This document shows, piece after piece, positions 1-15,400 of a DNA stretch of 64,000 nucleotides (the first letter of the stretch is position 1; every line of letters begins with the position of its first letter). The notes under the pieces were generated by a model. It worked only from the letters and a program-made list of their open reading frames with translations, ran no database searches and was not told where the DNA came from. Position numbers and translations under genes: made by a program. This stretch comes from Ascidiella aspersa (taxonomy: Eukaryota): the NCBI GenBank assembly GCA_963924565.1, contig OZ004613.1, forward strand, positions 21,700,001 to 21,764,000. Reading direction: 5' to 3'.

Positions 1-1335
1 GTCTTTCTCCAGCACGTTATTTGGACCTGGGTGGTCGTAAACGGAAATCTCGTCATCAGTCGATATAAGAAAAAATGAGTCGGAATCCGCCTTCTCCGAG
101 TCAGACTCCTTCGTTCAAAATTTAATCATTAAAAAGTCATCACCAAGTACAATTGTATGGATAAATTAAAACACAGGCAAAAAACCTAGAAAAACCTGTT
201 ATCTGTTTCACTTGCGCGCTGCAGTGCACAAATCTCGTTGCATAACAGATTAAAATCCTAGCAGCGGTTTCAGAGGAAAGCAGAACTTAGTTAATATAAA
301 AATGGGAGACTGGTGGAATTGTACATATATAGGTCTGGCTGTTTGTTTGAACTTTCTACAGGTATAAAAACACCCAATTTATTTTTTTTTAACGTATATG
401 TTTTTAATGTTTTATTCCTTAATTTAGACCATAACTTGCTTTACCGTTAAGAAACTAAGTTAAATTCAGGTATGATTTCCATTTCTGAAATATTCAGCTT
501 TGAGGTTGGTAACGCTGCGTTTGCTCGTAAATCATAACTTAAGTGTCTATGTTCTGTAACTTAATATCGTATTTTGGCACCAATAACTGTAGTATCGCCC
601 CATTATCTACCTGAAAATAACGTACAGAATATAACACACATATGGCCGAACCATGAGCATTTTTTTAATAAGCTTGACTGAGTGTGAGTTAGACCAGCGC
701 TGTTTAACCTGTCCTTTTTTAACCGGCCCATAGGGTGCATCAAAATATGTATGGGGTGCACCAGTACGAAAAGGTGTACACGGTTACATCACAAACTTTT
801 AAAGAACCATTAATATTTCACATTCATGATATTAAAAAAATGTAGGTTGCAACTGATGTATAAAATAGCTGTTTTATGGCATGCAATAGTACTCGCAGAA
901 CAGCCGTCAGTCATAATCGAACTCTCACCGACAGTGTGTAAAACGTCTGCAGCTACGCACGGTTTAATTGACACGGTGATAATGATATTATTCAAAATTA
1001 TTTTTACCTCAGTTTACCTTTTAAGTAAACAGGGTGCTTTAGTTCGTCACAACAACTTTAAGGGTTCACCAAACCAAAAAAGGTTGAAGAGCATTGACTC
1101 AAAGAACAAACACAGACTTAGTTCACCTCACTTTCTCTTCCTTCTTCCTCCTCAACCGGCTGCGTCCCGTATCCGACAATTGCGAACTTCTCAGATCTTC
1201 TCCTCCGCTTCTGGAACATGCGAGATCCTCTTGTGCGCGAGTTGCGATCTCTCAGCAGCCTCGAGATGCTCTTACAGACCTTCTTCGCTTCCTGTTTCCC
1301 GGTCGTTGAGGTTCTTTCTTCCGGAAGACTCGTGG
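1..1335 (-). CDS. Possible partial multi-exon gene of unknown function (exons 1335-1127 and 108-<1), acidic/basic low-complexity
   Basis: Exon 1335-1127 (tttaatgcag| ... |gtgaac) ends in phase 0 at PVEEEEGRESE. Frame 108-1 is open in phase 0 (ESDSEKADSDSFFLISTDDEISVYDHPGPNNVLEKD). The second acceptor is weak and no domain was recognised. Confidence 0.35.
695..1096. mobile_element. Degenerate hAT-type MITE
   Basis: Imperfect TIRs cagcgctgtttaacct / aggttgaagagcattg. No clear TSD. Confidence 0.5.
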
Positions 1336-3764
1336 CTGCATTAAATAGCAATAACGTGAATATGAATTGACTCGAACGTTCTGGCGATGCCAAACAAATC
1401 TACAATGCCCAAACAGTCTACGTTATAAAAACATTTCGAATACCGGTTTACTGCATCGTTTAACTGTAGCTATTTAGTCTCGTAAATAGAAAACACGAGC
1501 ATTCTATATTGTCTATTTATTTAACGCTTAAATTTACCCAGCAAAACTACCTTTGGTTTCCCAAGTGCACAAAAATACATCTGCATTACAATTAATTTTT
1601 ATCCGTTATGTCTATACGGAAAGTACGAGGCAAATCAACGTTTATGTCGTCCCACTGGGCCACCTTTCAGTTTCTAATGCCGCTAGCGCTGGTCTAGCTC
1701 ATGCGGAAAACTCTAATTAACGAATACGATATGTATAGCTACGTCTGGTTTTAATTTCCACTTCTAATATCTTTTCAATGATAAAACAACGCGTAAAGCA
1801 ATACCTACCGTCAGAGCAACATCAATCTATTATCGAGCCTTGTGCAACACACATTTGGCGTTTGGAAAGCGACGCCTCTCGCATTAATTAGGTTCCTGAC
1901 ACGCCTTTTTCGCGGCCGCAAGCCGTTTGCACCCTCTCTATACCAAGCAGCTGTATAAGCCTATCGTCACCCACACTCCCCCGACAATGCAAAACCCATT
2001 ATGTTTTTGCGTTGCCGTCTTTGGTAATTCGAAAACGCTGTCTCATTGGCGATATGCTGTATTTCTCCAGAACCAAATTAGTTCGTTTGCAATCAAAACT
2101 TGGCCCGATTTATGAACACACGAAAGACACTTACGTCGTACGATTTCATGTTGATTCGTGTTCACTGTTTGGTCTGCGCCGTTTGGTGTGCAGTGCCTTG
2201 ACGATTTGAAAACAATAATAATAAGTTTTTTTAAATAACTGCAGGCAACCGACCAAGACGTCTTGCCATTTGATTTTAAAATATTAGGCTTTAAATAATT
2301 ATTTTAAAATGCTTTTAACATGACAACTTTACGTGTAAACCATACGAAAACTTTTTCTCGAAAACACTTACATATACTCGTCATAGAAAGAGTTGTTCAG
2401 ACCGTCGTCTTGTGATGGATGTTTTGTCGAATCACTACACTCGCTGTCTTGCGAAAGCATCATTAAAACTTACAATTCCAGGTAAAAAATTGACTTGTTT
2501 TGATGCTCAGTAAACGCTTTTATTCCAGACGCGATTGGCAGCAGCGTGCAGTTTATCATATTATTAGCGGTGACGTGGGACACAGACAGTCCAACGTTAT
2601 CAGCTGTGAACTGCTTCGCATTTCGACCCTTAGTCGCCAGGTCGCCTCTCCAACGTCTTGGAATCCGTCGTTTTCACGCTGTTTCGTGTCACTCTTAACG
2701 TGGCGTCTCCAGGCTCGGGCACCGGACTGCGTGAAGAACACAGTCGGTATCTCGTCTAGTGCTTTGTGATGATTTGAACGCGGAACGCTGGCCAAGGCCT
2801 GCTGTACGTCTCGTAGCTTATGCGACACTTTACGTGTAGCATGACTCACTCTACAAATGCACGTCACTGCGTACTTTTGCATCAATGATCCAATACGCGG
2901 TCAAATTACCCCGAACACTTCACGTTCCAAAAGTTGTGTTGTCAACTTAACGCTTTTAACGCATGGTTGTCACTTTGTTAGGTGATTTCTTAGTAGGTTA
3001 GTATTTTACCGTTTAATACCGAAATCCACAAAGCTTGTTTGGGTATAGGTTACATTCATTATGCCAATATGTAAGACGTATTATTGAAAATGTACCAGGT
3101 CAAATTTTATGCCCTCGCGACGCTTATCCTATATCACCTAAAATTAACTTTATCCTGCTTAACACTTAACGTTTAATAAATTAGTTTTTGAAATATAACA
3201 TTGCCTTCCATCGACTTTGAAAACAATACTTTCACGTGATAGGAAACAATAATTTGACGATTTTGTATCCTTTGTTTACAATTATATTCAGTGCCAGTAA
3301 TTAATATCATTAGGCCTACCAATAATCACATCTAATTTATTAGAGGAAAAACTTTAAAAGATAACGATTTGGCAGGCCATCAGCAGCAATCGACAACTTT
3401 CCGCCGACGAATGCTATATTTAACGTTGACCGGCTCCACACGACAAGACAACAGCTGCTTGTAATTGATGCAGCAGGGTTCGGCCTACTGGGAAGACGGC
3501 CGATTGCTTGCTTATTGTATTTTGAAATTTGACTGCTTCTTTAAAGAGCACCTAAGTTTAAAATTGACTTTAATTATAAGTTCTAGTTATTTCAGCTCAA
3601 CGACCCATTTTCCTTCAGCTGTGCTTCGCAATAATTTGCTGTTTGACTGCAACAACGTAGGCCTACGTGGGAACGTAGCAAATCGTGTTTTTTTTTTTTA
3701 TAATTCGTGCATATAACATATAAGAAACCCAAACACACGAACTTTTGTTTTTGTTATGCACTAA

Positions 3765-4951
3765 AGTGGTTCTCAAAAAACTGGGGTCCGCGAGACAATT
3801 TTCTGGGACCGCGAAGCACCTAACAAAAAATCAACACGACGCTCTTGAAGAAGATTTTTTTCTGTGCATTAAAATTTTCAGGTAACTTACTTTTCCAAAC
3901 AAGCTGATTAATTGTTCATTATTGTATGCTTCGAGTTAAATTGTGCATTGTGACGTCATAATGTTGCATTGTGCTAATGAGAATTACGTTTTTACAGCTG
4001 CTGCGTTGCCACTGTGAGCTGTACGGTAACGGTTTTAAAACTGTACATGATTGCTTTACTTAAATAAAGTGATTCGTTAGAACGGTCATGTTCAAATGGC
4101 GGATCGCGATCCGGTTCCGGATCTTTTCAGCGTTTTGTGCGGATCTTCTAATGTAGTCTTATCAAAACAAACTTTCTACAGTGTTTTCATGTGAATACCA
4201 ATTGTCAGTGTTAATGAATTTTGTAAAAAATCAACTATAGAAAGAAACTCTGAAATGCTAATCTTTGTAAGCTTTGAGGATCAGCGACAGAAAATCCAAA
4301 TTCGATGCTATTGTAAGACCTAAAGTCTAAAACAGGGATTGGCAACCTACGACCCGCGGGCCGGATGCGCCCCGCCAATTGAATTCATTCGACCCGCCGC
4401 CACTTGACAAACAAGATACGAGTCCATTTCAAATACTTTTTGACTATTTTAACTTCGTAAGTGCGAAAAAATTTCCAGCTTCGCGCGAATCATCTCTCTA
4501 CGTCCGGCTTGTTTACGTTTTGATGCAGTCTTTTGAACTAGATCAGCGCTTCGTTACCGTTAATGGAAAACTTATTCAAAAATATTGGACATATATATTT
4601 TTTAGCATTTTGTATTTCTGGCAATATTAAAGTTATCGCTTTTACATAAATAAGCACCATAAAAATTAAAGCGTTTCCAACATGTTTACTATTCCTATTT
4701 GGTGGATCATCATGTTGTCAGGTTTGGCTGTGTTGGATCATGACAGAAATCATTTGAACACCCCTGCGTTAAGGGCCCCTGCGTTATAGCCGAGCTGCAA
4801 AGAAGCAAGTGCACCCGTCCCATTTTGAAACCATCAAAAGCAACGTGTTATTTTGTGTTTATATGTTTATTTTTTCAAGGGACCGTGAGAAATTTAAAAA
4901 AAATTGGGGGGACCGTTGCGTAATTTTTTTAAAGAAGTTTGAGAACCACTG
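3765..4951. mobile_element. hAT MITE with nested MITE(s) (inner about 4083-4766, further left TIR at 4333)
   Basis: Outer TIRs (c)agtggttctcaaa / tttgagaaccactg with cactaaag on both sides (3759-3766, 4952-4959). Inner ends catgttcaaa / tttgaacacccctg. cagggattggcaacc at 4333. Confidence 0.7.
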
Positions 4952-5728
4952 CACTAAAGGTTTCTGAAAGTTTTTTTTAAACTTTTTACTGCAATAACTT
5001 CATAGTAGTCAAAAAATCGTGCAACTCTATTTCGAAGTGTTTATTTACAAACTGTGGTATAATTCCAATAATACGTTGTTGTAGGTATACCTAAATATTT
5101 TTTGGAAAATATTTTTAGGTTATTAAGCTATACTTGCTCGACTGCCGATTAAATATATATTTTGGATTGGTATTTATGAAAGGAGCTTCCGAAATCGGAA
5201 GAATACGGCGCCTGAACCGAATTAATGTGCCTCTAAAGCTAACTTAGGAGACAGTGTACAGACATAGCGCGACACCCCGCGTTTACTGTTTTAAACGTTG
5301 TATTTATTTTCCTGCTTTTCAGAGTCCATCTCAATTTGTTTACTAGCTTGAATTTGTATAGCAGTTTCATTTTCAAAAACAGTGCAACTAATAGGGCAAT
5401 TTTGACCTATGAAAGTTTGAATTCCGTTCCACTTACCTATAAACTGCCCTTAAAATTACCCCTAATTGAAGTAAGCTATTCTCGATCATTCTATCAAGTT
5501 TCACAATCCCAAGATAAACTCAACGGCAAAAGAAAAACTGGTCTGCGAAAAGTTATACATGTTCTTTAGAAGATATAATCGATCTATGTTATGCATAAAG
5601 GTAAATGAAAGCCAAGTATGGCACCATTTTCTTGGTTGTATCACTCACTAAAATCTGACAAGCCTATTATTAGGAAAGTCACCTCTTAAAAAATGTAATC
5701 TGGAAAAAGCCGCCAAAGTATTTTACAA

Positions 5729-5734
5729 TTTATT
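5729..5734 (-). promoter_or_regulatory. Candidate polyadenylation signal of the LDLa-GPCR gene
   Basis: AATAAA on the minus strand about 670 nt after the stop codon. Confidence 0.3.
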
Positions 5735-6404
5735 ACACATAAAGTTTAAGAGACAGGTATTACCTGTTCATTAAGCATGAGGTGTACAAAGTCTTTGGCA
5801 ATATGTGCAACAGGAATGGTAGGTGCAACACACAGTGTAAAAAAGCAAAAAGCAGATGAGGCACCAAGTCAACGGAATAATAGAGCAAAAATTACGATCG
5901 CTTTAGGCAACATTAAGTAGATATATTACCAAGGTATTGAGTTTGCTGCAATGAAGAAAGTGAAACAAGTGCATAAGGTAAACATATTTTTTGGCAAATT
6001 GATGCTTTGTTAACCTAGCACATGTGATGTAACCCGCAACTATATCGTCTGTCGCCATTTGATAGTTTTGTAAAGAAACGATTTACAACATTTGTACAAA
6101 TCTAAAACATTACCAAGCGATTGAAAATCGTTTATAATGGTAGCTGGTTACAGATATAATCAAATTAGCTTTATGACAAAGTTATTTCAAATACTGAAAT
6201 TGTTTTTCACTGGTTTCTGATAAAACAGGTTATTTCAATATTTTAGAGGTAAATCTTTAAATAAGTCAACTTCATAAATCCTTAAATGGAAACGAAAAAC
6301 GTGAAACCTTTCAAAATACAATCTCTTACTTGGTGATCACTTAATGTTGTGTGGAAAAAGGACTCGATGAAAAAATGTGCAACCAATAACAGAAAAAGTC
6401 TACA

Positions 6405-9400
6405 TTAATTGTTTTGCGGTTGAGATCCGGTTTTTAAGACCGGTTTGAGCGGCAGTTGGGGTGTACCGAGCGGGGTCAAGCTGGTATTTATATCTTCCCG
6501 GGTCGACGAACTGCCATTCGAGGTGGGATGCTCATACTTGGACTTGGAGACGGCGGCGCTCACTTTGCGCCGCGACTTACAGTACTTTGAAGCCTTGTCG
6601 GAGAACTTGTCCAGCAGTCCCGAGTAGAGCAAGGGATTTAACGCGCTGTTGATGGGAAGGAGAATGATGCCAGCCACCGCGTAGGCGACACTGTTTATTT
6701 GGGCGCCGGCAAAATAAGCGTAGGACATGCTACAGAGCGGAATCCAGCAAAGAAAGTCGGTGAGCAACAAACGCGTTACGCGCTTCTGAAGCTTGCATTT
6801 GTTGTAGTTGAGCTTGGAGCCCTTCGGCGAGTTTCTACGCAGCGCCTTGTCACGTTGTGACGATGTCATCTTCCAAATCAAGCTGTACAGGAGAACCATG
6901 AGCAGGAAAGAAGCGAAGTTAAACGTAACAATCGCGATGGTGAGGGCCCAGCCCGGTTCGCCGTTGCGCACGAAGAAGCTTGGCAGACAGACGCCGTTGC
7001 GCGAATAAAAGCCGATCCAGCCCTTTGGAAAGAGTGAGATCGCATCGCTGGAAAGTGTCACGTTGGACGTCGCCACCAATCCGGTGGAAGCAAGGTAGCT
7101 TTTAATTCGGTTGAGCTTCGCGGTGAATTCGCTGTATACTCCGACGGTGGCCAGGTCGGATTTAAAGAACGGGTTTGGGACCCAGGCATGCGACGATAGG
7201 CTATCAAAGAACCACGGCAGCGCGGCGAGCAAGGCGGCAATCAGCCAAGAGAGCACAACCAGCGTTGTCACCACACGGCCTGAGTTCTTTGAGTAGTTGG
7301 CCTCGAAGGGTTGCCAGATGGTATAGAATCGAAATAGTCCCATGACGAGAAGAATCATTACAGAGGCCTCGCTTGAAAGCATTACAAGAGATCCCATCAC
7401 CTTGCAAGTGACACCGGAGCGCCAGGCTTTGTCAGCCAGGCAGTAGTTTCCCGAATGGACGCTGCTGGCCACACACAAGATCATGAGGTAAACGCCCATG
7501 AGTCCGTCGGCCACGCTCAGGTTAACAATCATGAAGGCGTGAACCTTGGCGATCTCGTTCGTGATCTTCTTGCGACGCTTGCGCCTGAAGGTTTCGGCCA
7601 GCACAAATAGGTTGGCCAGGAGCGAGACGGGGCCAATGACCCAAAGAATTGCTTTCAGGGCCACGTTTTTGATCATTTCATCCCTGGAGCTGAACTGATT
7701 GTTGTTGTCGAACACCGTCGGGCACTCGTCGCTTCCGTCAAGGCAATCCGACCTTCCGTTGCGCTCCAGGTTCTTCGGAACGAAAAGCCTGTTGACCTTG
7801 GACGTGACGTTCCGGTCGCGCGTCTCGCAGTAAAAGCGCTCGTCCGTGCAATTGCGCGCCTGCGCCTCGTCGGACTCGTCGTCGCAGTTAATCACGCCGT
7901 CGCACACCTGCAAGAACATATATAAACTTAGTGATTCAAAATCGGGTCGTGGTTTCATTTGGTTTGGTCGCCGACCAAAGTAGTTTTGGATGGTTAGATT
8001 TATTTGGTTCTCAGCAAGGTTTTTCTAAAATTTACAAAATTGCGGAAGCAATACGAAGACATGACCGATTAAAATTGACTTTATTAGTTCTACTGTCTTA
8101 TTTCTTCTGTGTTTACGTTGAGCTTGCAAAAAGTTCAGTGAATAGAAGTGGGTCGCCAAAGCTTCGGTGTTATACTTAAAGCTTTCGGTGTTATGCTACT
8201 GCACTAATTAATGATAAACCGAAAAGCGATGGAAACCACGGTGTAACGTTCTTAATGTTTCGTTTTTTTAGGCCGGTATATGTTGACGTATAAATAACGT
8301 GGCATATAGTTTTTAAGTTAGTCATAGTTGTTGTCAGGGCTGAGGAGTGGATTTAAAACAACCTCCCGAGTCGGATCTTAAAGCATAATTAGTCTAGTCC
8401 GACTTCCGAGTCCAACTCCAGCCAAACGAACCGACTCCGTCGAGTCCCAAGTCCAACTACGATTTCCCAGCCTTGTATTCTACCAAATCGTGGGTGGAAC
8501 ATATTCCAACCGATGCTATACGCCTTTGCGATTTAAAATGTGCGGCCTTTTCAGTTCTAATTGCTTATACTTCTACGCACGTCGAACTTGGGACCCGAGT
8601 ATTCTTCCACAGCCTTACTAAGTTCCCGAGTTCCGAATCGGACTTCGACACAGACTCCGCAGCCCTGCTCAAAGCGATTTGCTTTACGACATTATATATT
8701 AATTGATTTCTTTCAAAACTTTGCCCTTTCGGTTGACAAGTTTTGTATAGAACACTTTTTTTCAATTCCAACATTTAAAATTGCTGGCGTGCAACAAAAA
8801 TATACAAATATTTCCCCTTAATTTCTGTCACTGCTGCATATCCGCTAAGTCATTTGGTTTGAGACTGTGGCTGGTCACGACTTATTATCCCCAAAACAAA
8901 TCCGCTGCATTCCAGTAAATGTTGACAAAACAACAGCTGATATCACCAATACTCAGAAATAAAACGGATAAATGACACACATTTTCAGAAATGCTTGTCT
9001 GGTCGTCTGGTTGCCAGGGGTTTACGTCAAGTCGAACACGTACACTTTCGCTAAGATGTACGAGTATTAAAAACGCTGTCAATGGTCATGAAATTGAAAG
9101 AGGTATGCGGGCCTACTGCAGATTTTTTAAAGTAAACAGGCGAATTATAATCAATAACAAAAAAAATCACAATTTTTATGCAAGCCTAAATATTTCAGAG
9201 GCAATAAAACTTAGGCCTATCTATTGGATATGCATTAGTTTTAACCCAAGTCAACATGGTAAAACTTTATTATTTCGGTTTTGGGTAAAGACTGTCACCC
9301 GGTTCTCTTTGTTTTAGACGCTTGTAGCGATCAAGTTAGGATATTTTAGGGCTTTGTAGCATCTGTGTTAGAACATGTGTTAAAAATTGTACGCTCAAGC

Positions 9401-12400
9401 GAACTGTCTTACAACTGGATACAGATGAACAGCGAACGTTGAAAACAAGTAGTAACACAGTCCACTTGAAGCGTACAATTCTTAAAACATGTTCTTACGT
9501 AAACGCTACAAAGCTTCGAAATATTCCAACTTGAGCGCTGCAAGCGTTAAAACAAATAGAATCGGGTTAGAATATAGTGCTTATTTAATAATTGCGAAAA
9601 GCGTGTTTAAAAACATTTGGAATTGTGGCCTGAAAAACCCTATTATCGGATGAACAAGGTATGTCTTGGAAATTCATTGGTTGTCCCCGATTCAAATCAA
9701 ATGTAACAGCGGCTGCCGAGCGTAATTTCCAGTTAGCCCATTTTTTAGCTTGTAATGTGGTTTGCGAAACGCTATTCTAAGAAAACTCTGCGAAATTACT
9801 TTAACAGTAACGTTATACGAAAAAACTTTTCTTCTATCAAACCGCGTGGAAATACTGGCGTGAAAACTCAAGTACAGCACGCAATTATTTTTTTTTCGGG
9901 TCGCATCATAATGGATGCGTTTGGAGAACGAACCTGAGTGACGTCGATGCTAATGGCCGGGCCGTTCTTGCAGTAGAATCGCATCGGACAGCCAAGTTCT
10001 TCCTGTGCAATTCGGTATCCGCAGATTTGGTCGCTGTGCCACAGGCCGTCGCACACGTACGGGTAGCCGTCCAGGCAGGTCAGGGCGGGCAGACAAAAGG
10101 GCGCCAGGTCCGGGCCGCAACCAGAAGCGCACTCATCGGCCCGATCGTCGCAGGTCGGCCGCCCGTCGCACCTCACTGCGGCCACGCGTCCGCTGAACGA
10201 GTAACATTGTATCTTGTTGTTGTTTTTGTTGCTGTTGCTGTTGTTTCTTTTGCCGCCTCCTGTGTTAACTAAAAGGTAAAAAATACGGATATATTAAGTT
10301 AATAATAATACTCTGTTGAGGGCGTCAGCCCAGAGTGTTTCACACTAACACACTTCCCTCTCTTGACAATTGCGCCCAAACCTGGTTGGAAATATGAGTT
10401 TTCATATCAAGCGTGTCACTCTGTTTAAAATGTGTCGTTAATGCGAACCTGTTTAATTGTTCTTCTCATGCAGTTACACAAAGCGATTATTATTGTACAG
10501 ATAATAGCCCGGTTGCAACGTTGTCTCAATTAAAGCAATGTTGTCCCAAATTAAAACACTGTTTTAGAAACAAATGCTTCCTATCATGCCATTTAAGGTT
10601 GTATGACGGTTCTGTATCTACCAAAGCAATGAGATTAAAGGACATAAAGCATAAAGCATCATATTAGTGTACTACGCGGGATACCGCGACTATTTGAAAC
10701 AGGCTGTCTACACATTCGGGGACTTTTACAACAATTAAAACACGACATACAAGCTCAATACTGCAATTGTAAAAGACCACTTAAAAACACATACAAACAG
10801 ATGTAACTGTAACGTGATAATCTGTTTTCCCGTTTATTTTGCGTTGACAGCAACGTGTTATCCTATTTGCTTCCGATAAGTGTACACTTTTCTAATAACG
10901 AAAACTCCGTAACCTCCAGTGTTGTAAACAAGTAATTTCGAAATGATTTGAGTCCCAGTCAAGTCATTCGTAAGATAACTCAAGTCCAAGTCAAGTGTTT
11001 TTGAATAAATAACATGTCAGTTGCCAGTCCAAGTCATCGGTTGCCCAAGCCAAGTCCCAATCAAATCATAATTAGAGCAAGTCAACTTCGAGTCAAACCT
11101 TGTCACAAAAATAAAACTTTTTATTGTGAAAACTGGCAAACTCCTTCAATTAGGAGCAATAAAGTAAAAAAAATAACATAAACGCAACATATAGCAAGCA
11201 AATTGTTTTATGTGCAAATATTAGGATAAATAACGCAATTTTATAATAACTGATTAATGAAAACAATTTATTTTAACCCAAGTCATTTGTCCTTGCGCAA
11301 AAGACTTAAGTCAAGTCATTTTGCCCTAAAGACTTAAGCCAAGTCAAGTAATTTAAAAACACTGACTTAAGGACACTTGAGTCAAGTCGTTGACTTAAGT
11401 CAATACAACACTGGTAACCTCTCAACCTGCTAACAAACCTGCAGTCGACGACTGGTTGCTGTTGCTGGGCGACTGACTGAGCAGCTTGTAGATGTGAGCC
11501 TGGGTGGTGCCCGAGAAACAGTAGTCCTCGTCCTTTCCGTTCTCGCAATCGTACGAGCCGTCGCAAATCTGCGCTGATGTCACGCATTCGTTGTAGCTGG
11601 TGTTCGGGCAGCTGAAGTTGATACCCGTGAGCCACGACTCCCGTCGCTCGCCTGTTTATGTACATAGAGATTTGTAAACGCGGCCGTAACCGTTTCTCTA
11701 ATTGTCAGAGTCAGCAAAGCGTTGTCACAGTGTCCTGAGCCGCTCTCCTGGCATAAAGTCACGAAAACGCCACACAAAACAGGCACAGAAGACAGTCGGC
11801 TGCCATTGCGCTTAACGAATTAGGTAAATTACAAACTAGCTGTTCAGGTTAAAGCATGGCTCTCAAAAGAAATGGTATCTTGCGAATGAATATAATGTCA
11901 AAACAGTTAAATAACAATATCTAGGGGTCACGTTTTATTTTGTATCATGTCGCCTAAACTGTAATTTAGTTTTTTGTAATTCTTAATCAATGTAAGGAAA
12001 CCCTAAAAGTCATTTTTGACACTTTTTTTGCAGTTTTTAAACTATATAACTTGTTCTAACAATAAAGCGACAAAAAAGGCGAAAGCTGCAAGAAAGGACA
12101 GTATGGCCTACAACGAAATATAAAAAATGTTCTGTATGGCTAAATAAACCAATCTGCAATAAAAAAGCAAGAAAGTACCTAAAACAATAATTAATATTAG
12201 CAGCGAAGTTCTGATTTACTTCATTTGTGCTGTTTTACATTTATACCAATAAATGTAAAAAAATCTGTTCCCAACACCTATATGGTTGTGAACTATTGGT
12301 CACAGCTTTTACCACTCTGTAATTTTAGCTTGACGCGTCATATGCCAGGTGAGTGTCTCCCATTATTGGTGACGACCTAACGCTCACACAGGTGCGGTTC

Positions 12401-15400
12401 CAAGGTTTTACGCCATTTTGAACACACGAACTATGGGTGAGCTTCATGTCACAATTTTAACAAATAAAAGCAACGGCCTACCGTAAAGTGTCATGCCTTG
12501 TGTCGCGTCCTAAAAACGCCCGGTATAACGACCGTCGACCACTCATGTCATATTCATGATTATTTTAAACGAAGGGTTGTGTGCAAAATAAACGGCTCTG
12601 TATATTGCGTGTAACGTTTAAAGTTTAAATTTACCACCAAACCTTTAATAAAACAGAAGCTTCACCAGTGGAATTATTAAGTTGGTTGACCTATAATACG
12701 ATAGAGGGCCTAAAGTAAAATAACACACTTAAATATATGATAGACCGTTCGACAATTTTATATTTGCTTTGTAATCCATACTGACCAGCTATGATGAATC
12801 CATTTGCGTCGGTAAAACCATTGAAGTAATCGCACTGCGGAGTCTCGCCAGTAAACAGCAGACAAAATTCAGCGGGTACTTTCGATTTTTCGCACAAACA
12901 TTCGTCGGAGAAGTCACCGCAATCCAAAATTCCGTCGCAAACTTGAAAAGTCGAAATGATCTGCAAACAGGTTATGGTTATGGTTTATTGTTTTTCGATT
13001 TTGTATTCGGTAGGATTTACAAAATTAAATTAGGGAAACATTTTGATATAGAAAAATATCCGATTTTTCTTAAATTAGGATTTGTAGCAACTGAATTTAT
13101 TATACTCGAGTGCATCGTATATACATGTTCCAAGTATATTTTTCCAAAGTATTGTCGACCTACCAATAGAAAATCAAATTTATGAAAATATTAATCTGGT
13201 AAATATTGTACCCACAAATCCACCTGATTTATAAGTATCAAAAAAGCAATAGTAAAAGACATAATACGTGATACCTGCCCATCCTATAGTACACAACAAA
13301 CGTGCGGAATTACAAAAAAAACTAAAAATATCGCCTATAATACTTACTCCGTAACTATTTTTTTAATAAGCAAAGCGCATTGATGTAACAAAGCACCACT
13401 TAATTTATCACAAAGAACTAAATACAAGTTATAACGCAACAGCAACAATGCGGTAGCCTTAGAAGACTAATAATAGTGTGCGCAATATTAATATTTCATT
13501 GGGATGAATTGATACAAAGTCAAAATGCCAATGATCCCGTTCGAAATTACGCAATGACTACATGACGGAGGTTTTGTGGCCAAAAAATAGGTGTCACACA
13601 GACGCTGGCCCAAGTTCACAGACCGTGGCCCACGGGCCGCGTTTGTCTTAGTCCTGGGGTTCTTAACCAGGGGTACGTGTACCCCTTGGTGGTACGAAGC
13701 ACCAAAGCCGGGGGTACGACATACAGTGTGAAATTATATGCGCTCTTTAAGCATACTTGTGAAGAATGTGTTATTTACGAAAAGTAACAACGCATATAGT
13801 ATCAGTAAATTGACTGATTGTTTGTGTGTCGTAAATATTGTTGAACTGATTGTATTTAAATAGTTAAACCCCTAATGATTTTCATGCCATCAAAGCTATA
13901 GAAGAAAAACTTACAGGGATTACTCTTTTCACACAAACAGTCCAGTGACTTAATTCAGTAATCCGTCGTATACCTTCGACTTGTCCAAGCACTGGAAGCA
14001 GCTCCCGGTGAGTCGGCCGGCCGCGTCGAAGCACAAATCGGCGCCGTCGGCGCACTGGGCCACCCCGTCCCGTAGGTTGGTCTGCGGCAGTATGCACGGC
14101 ACGCCGTTGGCCGACTTGAGGGCACATTTTAATCCGGGGCCGGAAAAGCTTTCGTCCGACTGGTCGGGACAGTTGAAGTAGCCGTCGCACATCTCGCTCA
14201 ACTTAACACACGTCGTTCCGTCGGCGCAGCGCACAGCTTCAGAGCTGTTGCAGTACGTGGTGCCGCCGCCAGATACGGTAGGGCTGTAGGAGACGCAAAA
14301 TATGTTAGCTAAACTCCAACAAAGGCCACCGCAGTTTTGAGGATGTGAATAATAGGTATACCAGCAACACTTTTACCCAAAATATTTCTGCTAAAAATTA
14401 TACAAAATTGTAAAGACAAACAATAAAAATGACAATATCTTGTTTTAATCAATAGAGTTTTTCGAATTCAATTGGCAGAAAATGAAATATAATTTGGCTA
14501 CGTACCACCTGGCGTTGCTCTATAAATATTTTCACGTACACATGAATTTTAAGGTGAAAGAGTAAACGATATTGAGCGAAAACTTGACAAAATGCCTTAA
14601 CACCTGCATAGCTTTTGTGTAACACAAAGACTAAATTCGGCTTGTGTGCTCTTTCTGCATATGCTCACATGTTTTGCTCAAGCATGGAACAATCTTTAGA
14701 AGGACAGCGTTTTGGAGTATTTATTTATGACAAATCGATTTGAACCTGCTCATTGCTAAAAATAATGCGTTGCCTATAACCCGCCCTACAGTAAATCTTT
14801 GACGTCGAATGCAACTCAAAGACAATGTCTTTACAAGCAAAGCGTTTGGAATTTTTATTTCCCAATCAACACAATATTTTATTAAACAGTGAAGGCCAAT
14901 TAACATTTGACTAAAATATTATGTTAATATCCGGGAAAAAAGCAATACCTACTTCATAATGTCGGGGTTTAAGCAATTCCATTCGTCCGCTCCGTCTTTG
15001 CAGTCAGTTATATTATCGCACACGAAAGATTGGGGTACGAACTGCCCACCACCACAGGCGAATTGACTAAAAACAGTTTTATGTATAATATTAGATGGCC
15101 TTACAGCATCTGCTGTAATGCATTAAAGAGATTGCGAGATTACAAGCTGATTTTTACAAAAAGGTATTCATTAGTGTTGTAATGGCTTTACGTCAATGAC
15201 TTGACTTGAATGCATTTTAGTCGCTGTTTACAAATTACGTGAATTGACTGTCGTTTCGGTAAAATGACTTCATTTGACTTAGGTCTTTTGGACAAATGAC
15301 TCGACTTGGACTTATGTTAGTGAGTCCAATAACTTGGGTTGCAATTTAGTGTTTCATTTACCATTTTTTTTTATAAAATTAAGCGGTTTATCTTTATTTT

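Noticed and set aside
2556-2885. 109-aa minus ORF as first exon of the leftmost gene
   Set aside because: No convincing phase-compatible donor or recognisable domain.
10950-11400. CRISPR-like or telomere-like short repeats (caagt)
   Set aside because: Subterminal repeats of a TSD-flanked MITE, with no regular repeat-spacer structure.
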